From Moniliella sp. 'wahieum' (Eukaryota): a stretch of DNA of 20,000 nt. The DNA is taken from positions 917,260 to 937,259 of the forward strand of contig RSEE01000015.1 of the NCBI GenBank assembly GCA_003971905.1, written 5' to 3'. Positions 1 to 9,248 of this stretch are shown here, piece by piece. A program made the position numbers and the translations under genes. The stretch's first letter is position 1. Every line of letters begins with the position of its first letter. The notes beneath the pieces were generated by a model, which ran no database searches, was not told where the DNA came from, and was given only the letters and a program-made list of their open reading frames with translations.

Positions 1-536
1 GAGGGTACGTTCTCTCCTCTGGCACTCTCTCCTGGCCAAATTACCTACTAACCTATTTTTACCCTGTAGCGGTCATCCTCAACGAACACCTGACCGAAGC
101 CTTGCGGCGCTTGCGCACCGAGTCGTCGGAAAACAACGTTGATCGCCGGCTCGTAACCAACCTGTTCTCCAATTCCTCAGCCCCCCCCGACGGGAAGCGG
201 TTCGAAATGCTCAACGTCATGGCATCTGTCCTGGGCTGGACCGATGAGGAACGCGAAACGGCCGGGATAGCACGGCGGGGTCACAACCTCCCACCGCCGG
301 GTAAGCGCCAGGGCCCTCAACGTGCCTCGGAGGACGAGCCATCGGATGCACACAATGAGGTATGTTTTCTTTCTCCCCCTCCATCATATGCGCATCATGG
401 CGACGCAGGTGGTTTTCGGTGCTTAGTGTTGACCCTGCCTCTCTCAGTCTTTACTCGCATGTTTGTCCAGTTCTTGCTACGCGAAGCGGATAGCGGTTCT
501 GCGCCCAACGGCAAGAATACACCAGAAAAGGCATAG
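1..536 (+). CDS. RUD3: 3' part of a GRAB-domain golgin (Rud3/GMAP-210-like); 5' part lies outside the window; exons <1-4, 70-359, 448-536
   Basis: Spliced translation gives E-AVILNEHLTEALRRLRTESSENNVDRRLVTNLF(LQFLS)..DGKRFEMLNVMASVLGWTDEERETAGI, then after intron 2 S(F)TRMFVQFLLREA. These match the GRAB domain and the C-terminal GA1-type motif of fungal Rud3-family golgins. Stop TAG at 534-536. A compensating frameshift pair near 165-190 and one missing T near 450 are needed. Confidence 0.85.
   Translation, partial: GYVLSSGTLSWPNYLLTYFYPVAVILNEHLTEALRRLRTESSENNVDRRLVTNLFSNSSAPPDGKRFEMLNVMASVLGWTDEERETAGIARRGHNLPPPGKRQGPQRASEDEPSDAHNEVCFLSPPPSYAHHGDAGGFRCLVLTLPLSVFTRMFVQFLLREADSGSAPNGKNTPEKA
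5..69 (+). other. Spliceosomal intron in the Rud3-like gene
   Basis: GTACGT donor at 5, TACTAAC branch point at 46-52, TAG acceptor ending at 69. Removal gives in-frame GAG-G|CG-GTC-ATC (E-A-V-I). Confidence 0.9.
360..447 (+). other. Spliceosomal intron in the Rud3-like gene
   Basis: GTATGT donor at 360, pyrimidine-rich interior, TTGAC branch-like site near 429-433, CTCTCAG acceptor ending at 447. Removal joins HNE to the S(F)TRMFVQFLL motif. Confidence 0.8.
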
Positions 537-800
537 CTGCATTCGTTCCTCTATCAATGAGATTTTGGGCTTGTTTGGGACCTGGTATTGTCCCTCTGGC
601 CTCACCCCCCCACCCCCTTTCTAATCGGTGCCTGTTCCCACCGGTCATCTTCCATGGCTGTGCATTTGGCCTCGGATTGCGTATTCGCCCCCGCCCAGTA
701 ACTTTAAGAGTGGTCCCACAGGCTCGTTTCCTGCCTGCCTCCCATTGGCTCTCCAGGCCTTGCGTGAGATCGATCGCTCAGCGTGGACAGGCCCCTCAGT

Positions 801-852
801 GTTGAGTTGAGCGTTGAGTGACGTTGAGCCTCAACGTTGAGTTAACGTTGAA
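801..852. promoter_or_regulatory. Homotypic GTTGA(G) motif cluster in the intergenic region upstream of the dynamin-like gene
   Basis: GTTGA at 801, 806, 813, 823, 836 and 847, plus inverted TCAAC at 831 forming the palindrome TCAACGTTGA (831-840). The repeat is seen directly; a regulatory role is inferred only. Confidence 0.4.
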
Positions 853-1599
853 GACGATGCGAGGAAGGCAGGGTGGGTGGGACATCACGTGACGTGATAC
901 TCAATATGCACCGAAGATGCACTTTACCCTGAACAAAGTCACTCCACTCTGGGTTGGGGGCCGGTAGGATGAGACACGGCGTGCCGTTTTGCTCCACTCG
1001 GCCAATCCCGGGACGCAACAGGAGCAAGAGCAACAGACGGTGGGTAGCATGTGCGGGAGAGAGAGGGGGCAGGCACAGTGCGCTTGCACCAAAGTATACA
1101 CACAGTGAGAGCGGGGCATCAAGCTATACGTCAGCACCGACAGGAAACGTAGGAAACGTTGCTTGATTGTGAGCGCGCGCGAACCGTTGATCCCGGCGCT
1201 GATGATCATCTCGACCGTTATTGCGGCCTAGGGCCCCAAGCGCCCAGGGCCCAGGAGAGGGGATTGGTATTGAGCGCGCGCATTGAGCGTGGGCTGAGCG
1301 CAGCTCCCGCTGAGCGCGAGCGCAGTTTGAGCCGTCTGGACTGCCCGTCCTCTTCGCATATTCATCTGCCCAGCCTCATCACCCGGCGGTCCCGAGGGTC
1401 CTCCTCTGAGACGCAGGCTCTCCACAGGCACAGCGTGCTTCAGTTGGACCCACTCGGGTCCCTCATATACAAACCCCACATCCGCCTGCTTCCTTGTTGC
1501 CTGAAGTGGGGTCTCTTGAACACACCCGCCACGCTTCCGCCCCTCTCCTGTTTTCCTTTGCGCTGCCACCACCACTGTTGCTCCTTCACCTGACACTCT

Positions 1600-4382
1600 A
1601 TGGAACAACCCTCCCTTAGTGCCTGGTCGCGACCGCCAGCGAGAAAGCTCCCTTCGGCATACGAGCGCACCCATACCGCCTGCGCCGCGGCAGATCTGCC
1701 GCTCCCCGGTCTGCCTCAATGTGTGCTCCTTGCCGGCCCAGGGGCAGCAACAAGCACCGCACACGTACTACATGCTCTCGGGGGCAGCCCCCTTGCACCC
1801 CTGATATCTCCTCAAATGCCCACCATGTATGGTTTTCACCGCTTGCCGACAACACCATTTTGGTCGGAAGATGCAACTGCTCGTCCTCTGTTGGTTCGTT
1901 TGCAGCCATCTGAAGATACGTCCATGGCTCCGCGTCTGTCCTTACTGGCGTCGACTCGATGGAGCCAGACCAAGTGTGGGCGCGCATCAAGGCGGAGCGC
2001 TCGCATCCTCCACAGGAAGGCGACCCTCTAGCTGCCTCACCTTATGCGCCCCCGACTTGCCTCATCTGCAGCTGGTCGAGCTCCCTGCCCTAATTGTTCC
2101 GGACGAGCAGGCCTCTTCTCTCCAGCTACGACGGTCGCGTCCGGCAACGTTGGAAGCAAGGTGTCTCCTGAAGATCTGGTGGCGCAAGCTCGTCGTTCTT
2201 TGGCCTTGTCGTACGCTTCGGAGCCGGATGCAGTTCTTTGCGTTGTTTTATCCCCATGGGAGCGGGCCGAGACTAGTCCCGCCGTCCAGTTGGCTCTCGA
2301 AGTGGACCCAAAGGGGGACAGAACGGTTGGAGTGATCCCCTTTGCCATGTCGTCTGCAGGGAGATACAACCTTCCGTTCCTGGGGCGCCCCAGTTCCCCC
2401 TTTAAGAACGGTACCATCTACCTCCCCATCGCGCAAGCGGGTGGGTTCGAATCTAGGGCGCTCCCCGGTCTGGCTACGTGGCAACAGCATTCTGTCTCCT
2501 TTTCTTCTTCTTGGCTGGGCAGAGGTGCGGCGGGCTGCGTTGGTGGATGCAGTGGCTCGGACTTTGCTGAACCGCTTTCAATGTCGGGTCCCAGCATTGA
2601 CAGCGCGATTGAGCGCGTTGGTAGCTCAGACGCAGCACCAACTTGCGCGGGATGCCCCCTCCCCCGTCTCTGCCTGTTGACACGTTTCGACGGCCGCGCA
2701 CGCAGGATGAAGAAGAGAGGACACTGGTTGGATCAGACTGGGACAACGCTAAGGTGGGGAAAGCGTCCCCACCCCATTCACCTTCTTTATCCATTGCCCC
2801 TTCCCTTACTCCTTCCGGGGCAACTGCCTCTGTTGTAGGCCCCACAAGGGTGAGTGCCTCATCCCCAATCGGATCAGAGGCAGCTCAACTGGTGCTCTCT
2901 CTCACAACCCAGTTTGCTTCGGATGTGGTGGCCTGCATTGAGGGGGAAGGCGGGGCCAGGATCTATCGTACTTTTGTCGACTCTTTCCATCAAGCTCTTC
3001 TTGATACCATTCCTTCCCCTCATCTTCAGCAGTGCGACGAGGGGCTGCCTCCTGGCAACCCCGACCCTGAGTGGGACGAAGCGTCGGGGCTATCCACCCG
3101 GACCATTCGTACCGCCTTGCGTAACGCTGCCGGTCCAAGACCGGGGCTCTTTGTCCCAGACCAAGCATTCCAATTGCTCGTCAAGCCACAACTGCATCGC
3201 CTCCACTTCCCGGCTCAACAATGTGTGGAAAGTGTGTTTGAGGAATTGGTTCGCATTGCTCACGTCTCGGCTCGACCCGTACGTCATTCCGCTATACTAC
3301 CCCCGCACTGAACAAAAAAACGTACTAACCCCCGTGTCCCAGGAGCTTGCTCGCTTTCCTCATCTACGCACCGCGCTAACGGATCGCGTTGACCTAATGC
3401 TGACAGAACGACGAGGGCCTACAGCCGAGTACATTAGGAACCTCGTCGACCTCCATTCCGCATATATCAAGGTTGACCATCCTGCTTTCGTTCGCGCGAG
3501 AGAAGCGATTTTTCATCCTCCTTTGCCCCACCTGTTAAGCCCGCGTCCAAACCCAACCTTACCCACACCACAAACCGCAGCCCGACCATGACGCCCCCTC
3601 GCCCTTCTGTACAGGAGGAAGAAGGCCACCCTCCCCTTTCCCGTGCCCAAACCGTGCCTACGATCCCCGTGTCCCCTCTGATCGGTGCCTTCCGATGGAG
3701 GCGAACGCCCACACCCACTCCGCCTGCCAAGCCGACGCCTACCAAGGCACGAACACGGTCCAGCACCCAGAGTCTCTCCTCTCCTCCCATCCCTCCTGTG
3801 TCTGGTCATCACCGCGGGGCGACAGTGGCGCCGTGCCGACGGTGATTCTTCCGCCTCCAGCTGGGTCCGCTCCGCAGCTGCTCCCGCCCCCCCCACCGTC
3901 CGAAGGATTTTTCTCTCGCTTCTTGGGGGGCAGCGAGGACCGGCATCGGCCGTCCTCGGTGCAGGACGAAGCACGCTCGTCCTCCCCTGGCCCTGCTGCA
4001 CCCCAAGGTTCAATCGAGTCGGAAAGCGTGCCAGCCCAAGCGGAGAAGGTGCAGCCTAGTCGAAGGAAGAGTTGGTGCGCGCGTTAGTCTTGGCTTACCT
4101 AGCCCTGGCACGGGAGGTGGTGGAGGACACGGTGCCCAAGGCCATCATGCACCTTCTTGTCCACGCGGCCACAGAGGCGATGGAGACGCGGTTGGTGCAG
4201 GCGCTGTACTGTGCTTCGCCAGAGCGAGAGGTGCCGCTCCTCCATCCGGCCTCGTTGGGCCGTTTGCTGGAGGAGGACGAAGCGGCAGTACAGCGCGCAT
4301 CGAGGCGCGTGCCCGGCTGGAGACCTACCAGCACGCGCTCCAGCAGATTGCGCGTGAACTAATATGGGGGGCAGGAGGCTGA
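1600..4382 (+). CDS. Dynamin-related protein, Dnm1/Drp1-like paralog with degenerate GTPase motifs (G domain, stalk, insert B, GED); one intron 3279-3342; multiple frameshifts
   Basis: Colinear dynamin blocks across frames: LPQCVLL..VLHALGG (P-loop region), ATARPLLVRL (cf. TRRPLVLQL), LTLCAPDLPHLQLVELPAL (cf. LTLVDLPGL), ALEVDPKGDRTVGVI, VARTLLNRFQCRVPALTARLSALVAQTQHQL. Stalk: QFASDVVACIEG..GGARIY..IRTALRNAAGPRPGLFVPDQAFQLLVKPQL..CVESVFEELVRIAH, then ELARFPHL..ERRGPTAEY..AYIKVDHPAF. GED: LVRALVLAYL..VEDTVPKAIMHLLV..RLVQALY..LLEEDE. ATG at 1600. After a final frameshift the frame ARLETYQHALQQIARELIWGAGG ends at TGA 4380-4382. Confidence 0.9.
3279..3342 (+). other. Spliceosomal intron in the dynamin-like gene
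   Basis: GTACGT donor at 3279, TACTAAC at 3323-3329, CAG acceptor ending at 3342. Removal joins HVSARP to ELARFPHL in frame, as expected for the Dnm1 stalk. Confidence 0.92.
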
Positions 4383-5059
4383 TAAGATTACGAGATCTAA
4401 GATCTAAGGTCTGAGAGGGCTGTGGCAGCGATCCATACTTTTTCTCATCGTGGCAGGATGGTCTTGAGGCCTTTTTTGGCAAGGGAGCGATTCGATCACG
4501 TACACGAAATCACAGGCATCACAGCGTGTCCCATACGTGCATTTGAAATTTGATGCCAATTTGAGGGTGGCCGACGTGGCTGTGTGACATGTGATGGATG
4601 ATGGATGCGTGATGGCGGCTCCGTGCTGGCACTCGGATGCGTGGCGGAGCTCCATGGACGGGACCGTTCTGCTGGCCCGCAGTTCCTGATCGTCTGATCT
4701 GCGTGGGATGCGCCGGCGGCACGTGAGCGTGGGCGGTGCGGTGTGCTGGCGCGGTGCGAGTGTTGAATGTTGGACTTACGCGAGTGCGCGGGCGGCGTGT
4801 GTGTGTGCTGCGCATCTTCGGACTCAGTACGCAGTCTCAGTACTCAGCCCGAGTTGCGCGCTGCGCCGAGCACGAGTACGCGAAGTGCTTGCTCAGGCGG
4901 AGCCCCAGGCGTGTCTACTCCGTGGCAGCTATGCGCCCCCCCTGCCCTTCCAGCCTGCGCACGCTGAGCCCCCGCCGCCCACGCCCGCTGGCGCCCCCTC
5001 CGCTTTGGCGCTGCGCTGCCGCTCTCTTCCTTGCCTCCACCCCCCCTTCTCTGTTCGCC

Positions 5060-7266
5060 ATGGGTCCCTGGCGGCGTGCTGTTACCGCCCTGGCCCTGGC
5101 CATCGCCGCTGCCTCCTCCACCCCCGCCCTCGCCACCACCTCCAGCGTCAGCCTCTCGCCCGCCCTCAATGCCAGCAACGCCGGCTCCACCCTGTCCCAG
5201 ACGCTCCTCCCCTCCTTTGCCGGTGTGGGCATCGAACCAAGCAACGTGCTGGCCTTCACGGGCACCGACACGGTCACGTCACCCCTTACATACCAACTCC
5301 TCAGCAACCTCGGCGCATACACCGGCGTCCCCCGCATCTGCGTCTCGGCGGCAACACTGGCGACAACATGCTCTATGACGACGTGGCTTCCACCTCCGCC
5401 ACGCTTCAGACCAATGCCAGTGGCAGTACGACGTCACGCTGGTACTACGGAAATGGTCTCTTGGCCGCCGTTGACCGGTTGCCCGCCGGCACCCCCATCA
5501 CATTTGGCCTCAACTTGGCCTACAATGGATCCGATGCCATCCCGCGCATTGTAGAGCAGGCCGCGGCCGTGTTGGACAATCTGCACAATGTCAAAATTGC
5601 CGGTTTTGAGGTGGGCAACGAACCGGACTTGTACGTCACCAACCAGTACCGCCCCGCTGGCTACACCGAGCAAACTATGGGGCAGAGTGGATTGCCCGTG
5701 TCCAGGCGATCCACACGCAGGTCCTTGCTCCGCGCAACAAGTCCTCCAATTTCTTTGAGGCTGCGGTCACTGCCACTACGGCCGACAAAACGGTCACCCT
5801 ACCGCATTTCGAACTTGGTACAGGACACCAATGGCGTTGCCACGGGCAACGGCATCTACGTGGCTGGCCCAACCAACACTATCTTGTACGTTTTGCTTCC
5901 TGATCGGCCGAGCGCCGTACGTGCCAATCTGGGTCTGACAGATGATCTATGTACATGCAGTATTACATTGGCGTCTCCAACTTCCCCATCACGGTCGATT
6001 GGCTGCTTGACTTTCAGAATCCCAAAATCAACTTACCGAGTGGATCGGTCAAGCGCAGCAGGCCCAGCAGATCGGTCGCCCTTACTACCTCCGTGAGATG
6101 GGCTCCATCGGACCCGAGGGAATTCAAGGTATCTCGGACACGTTTGCCAACACGCTGTGGACCTTCAACTTCTTCCTCTATGCCGCTACGGTGCAGATGA
6201 ACTCGGTGCAGATGCATATGACCCAAACCTCCTATTCTTCCCCCTGGCAACCTATCTATGCCAACGGGGTTCAGCCGCATGTGCGCTCGTCTTACTATGC
6301 CTATGCTGCAATTGCCCAAGTTATCGGCGCCCAGTGCAACACCCGGGTTGCTTCGATTTCCATGGGCACGGTGCCCGCTGGCTACACTGGTCGCCTGGTC
6401 GCCTACTCTATTTACGCAGGCAACTCCCTCACTGGCTTGGTTCTAATCAACTCGCAAACGAGCAACCAAACCAACCCCACAGGCAACAGTGTCAGCTTCA
6501 CCTTCTCTCTGCCTTCCCTGGCTGGCAAGACATTTTACCTTTCTCACCTCACGGCGGCAGGCACAGATGCCACGACGAATACGACGTGGAATGGCGTGTC
6601 GTTCGAGACGCGCTCAGATGGCAAGCCCCAACCTGTGGCCAACAACACTGTTGACAGCGTCACGGCCAATTCGAGTGGTGCCGTGACAATTACCGTGCCG
6701 GACGGACGGCGGTGGTGGCCAACATTGGGTCCCAGCTCGGGTCCAACACCAGCGTCAATCAGAACAACTGTGCCGCGCTGAGTCAGACGGGCGAAGGGCC
6801 CGATGCCAATCCGTCTGGCTCCCAAGGCGGTCCCGCGCCGACGTTTAGTTCGACCCAGTCTCCAGCAAACACCATGGATTGACAACTGGCGCAATCGTCG
6901 CGATTGCCGTGGCGGTACCATGTGGCGTGTTGGCCATCTTGGCTGTCGCTGGTGTGATCGTTTCTGCCTCTGCCGCCGAAGGAGGCGCAACGGTGGTGCA
7001 GCCAGTGGCATGCACTCCAAGTTGCACGGAGGAGAGGACTGAGGGATGTGACGCTTCAAGCAGATTCGGCACTGGATCGCCCGCCTACGGCTTCCCAGCT
7101 CACCTCACATGATCTCTCTGCCCATCCCGAAACCGACTCCCAAAACAGCGCACATGGTACACCCGTCGGACTCACCCAGTTGAACGGTACTGCCCCCACT
7201 TGCCTCGATCCCTACCGCCATACCCGACCTCCACCAAGCTCCTCGTCGGACCCTCTTTCAAGATGA
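5060..7266 (+). CDS. Glycoside hydrolase family 79 (beta-glucuronidase-like) with signal peptide, GH79 C-terminal domain and C-terminal transmembrane helix; intron 5886-5960; frameshifted
   Basis: Signal-peptide-like start MGPWRRAVTALALAIAAASS at ATG 5060. GH79 motifs: SFAGVGIEPS, HLRLGGNTGD, FGLNL, FEVGNEPDLY (acid/base Glu at 5620-5622), YYLREMGS (putative nucleophile Glu at 6095-6097), GISDTFANTLWTFNFFLYAAT, VRSSYYAY. C-terminal beta domain LVAYSIY..LVLINS..LSHLTAAG..TWNGVSFE. Hydrophobic helix GAIVAIAVAVPCGVLAILAVAGVIV followed by CLCRRRRR. Probable stop TGA 7264-7266. Confidence 0.9.
5886..5960 (+). other. Spliceosomal intron in the GH79 gene
   Basis: GTACGT donor at 5886, CTGAC branch site near 5935-5939, CAG acceptor ending at 5960. 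Removal joins NQHYL to YYIGVSNFPITVDWLLDF. Confidence 0.85.
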
Positions 7267-9248
7267 TCCTTCGCATCTACTGCCTCTACCCCCCCCCCCC
7301 TTCCCAACTCTTTCCCTCTTTGTGAGCTTCTTGATCTTCTCTTTCCATTTGCATCCACACACCTACACCTTCATCTTGTCCAACTTTGCTAGAGATCGTT
7401 CGACTTTGCTTTGAATCCTAATCTCGCGTCTTGTCCTGGGTTATCCATTTGTCGGACTCGTGCAATGTTTTGTTGGATTGGCTGCAGTGCATATTGTCTT
7501 CTTCTTGTTCGTTGTTGCTGATGTGCATGTGTTTTCTTGTCGATACTCAGACACTAAGAGCAGTGGTGTTGCTTCACTCTTCGCTACTGAAAAGACTGAC
7601 AATTGCGATGGATGATGTTGCTGCGCTCTGAGGTACGAGCTTTGCTTGTTTAAATGTGTCCTTAAGCCTTATCGTCCTAGATTTCTACGGTCGTCGTGTC
7701 CCCTGTCCTCCAGTAAGATACCCCAGTTAGGTGCAGGTGGTGGATGCCCCTGGATGGCTTGGGATGAGAACGAAAGAGAACTGAGAAGGGCTATTCCGCC
7801 GCTTGGCAAAGTTGTGCCCACTATTAATACGCTGCTGCCCTGGCTCAGGCACCCGGTCGGTTAGGATCATCATGTAGGCCACGCGTGCACCCTTTCCCTC
7901 TCCTCCATGTTTGTCCCCCGCTGCCCTCTTCGCTCCATCCCCCGCAATGGCGACCGGCAGCGCTGGGCACCCTGTGTCGTCAAAAAGACAGCAGTTGGCC
8001 TGCCGGAGACTGCGCTGGCGTTCGGCGCCACAGCGGAACGTATGGAGGCAGTCTCCGTTTAAGGTACCACATCTGACAACATTTCAAATGCAAAAAACGC
8101 GTTTTTGCGGGACGCGTCGATTCAGGTTTTCCTTCTGACCCTCGTCCTCCCCAACCAGCTTCACCCCGACGGGCTCCGGTTGGTATGGCGAGGGCAACGC
8201 CATTGCCCACAGCATCTCTCCGCAAGGGGGCACCCGCGTTCGGTGTCTATAAACGGAATATCTCAGCTGGACCAACACCTGAGCAAGAAAAGACCATTCT
8301 CGTTGTCTTTTCTACAAGCACACATGCTCTTTTGCCTTTGCAGTGGCTGTTGGGGGTGCCGATGCCCCCAGACCCTTCTCGGCGCGGCGCGTGTAACCCT
8401 CTCGTTCCGAAGGATGGGTTGGCCGGATTGCTCGATCGTGTCCTGCACCAAATCTGCTACATTCGGGGCTCCATCGACGTAGTCACCAAAAAGCGGAATA
8501 TAGCAAGCGGAGAGCCTCCAACGCATGATAGGATCCGAATGATAAAGCATATGGGGGGCGCATTCGGGTGCCCTGCGGGTCCACCAATACGAAGCAGGAA
8601 CGCTGGGAGCGCAGGAGCAATCCTTAGAGTGTAAAGCCGGGGGGGGGCGGGGTTACGGGGTCGATAGTTCGCAGACCAATGGCGGAAGCAAAGCCAATGC
8701 AAAGGCGGATGAGGCGGCGTACACGTTGGCCGATTCGGCGCACACAACCTGGCTGACCCCGTGCCGTTTGTCCTCTCTCCGATGCGATGGGACAAGGTGA
8801 AAATTCACGCGCGCCCCGCCAGCATCGCTTGCCTTTGCACCTCCATCGCCCTCGCCACCGCATCTGCGCCGCACATTGCTGCCATTGTCGTGTGCTGCGT
8901 GCTGTGTGCTGTGTCCTGCGTGCTGTGTCCCGCCCGGCATCCTGCGTGTCTGCCTCTGCCTCTGCCTCCGCTGCCGCTGCCTCCACCGCCGCCGTGTCCA
9001 CCGCGTTCCCCTGCCACCCCACCGTCCGCTGACAAAGCCGGGCTTGCCGTCAGCAGCCCAGTCCTCGCCCCTGCTCCTGTGGCCTGGCAGCCCCGAGTGT
9101 CGCCGCTCCTATTCGTGCGCAATAGGCGTTCACCTTATTTGCCTCCGCACACGGCGTTGGCTCAACCCTCTTCCCTTGCCCTTGGCCTCACCCTTCTCCT
9201 CCACCGCCACCCACCATCCCCTTCTGCCCGCGCCCCCACCTCGCTGCT

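Noticed and set aside
1..4382. Functional cluster of membrane-trafficking genes (Rud3-like golgin next to a dynamin-like gene)
   Set aside because: Adjacency of two genes in a eukaryote is weak evidence; there is no shared promoter arrangement and no synteny data.
4708..5059. Upstream extensions of the long ORFs 4708-6096 and 4736-5554
   Set aside because: The signal peptide begins at ATG 5060; the upstream part is GC-rich promoter/UTR read-through with no GH79 similarity.
8185..8634. 149-aa plus-strand ORF in the 2-kb intergenic region
   Set aside because: No recognisable motif or splice structure; ORFs of this length arise by chance in GC-rich DNA. It cannot be excluded without RNA-seq.
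8885..9000. TGTGC/TGCCTC/CCGCTG simple repeats producing Cys- and Pro-rich ORFs
   Set aside because: Low-complexity sequence in the probable 5' UTR or promoter of the zinc-finger gene; no support for coding function.
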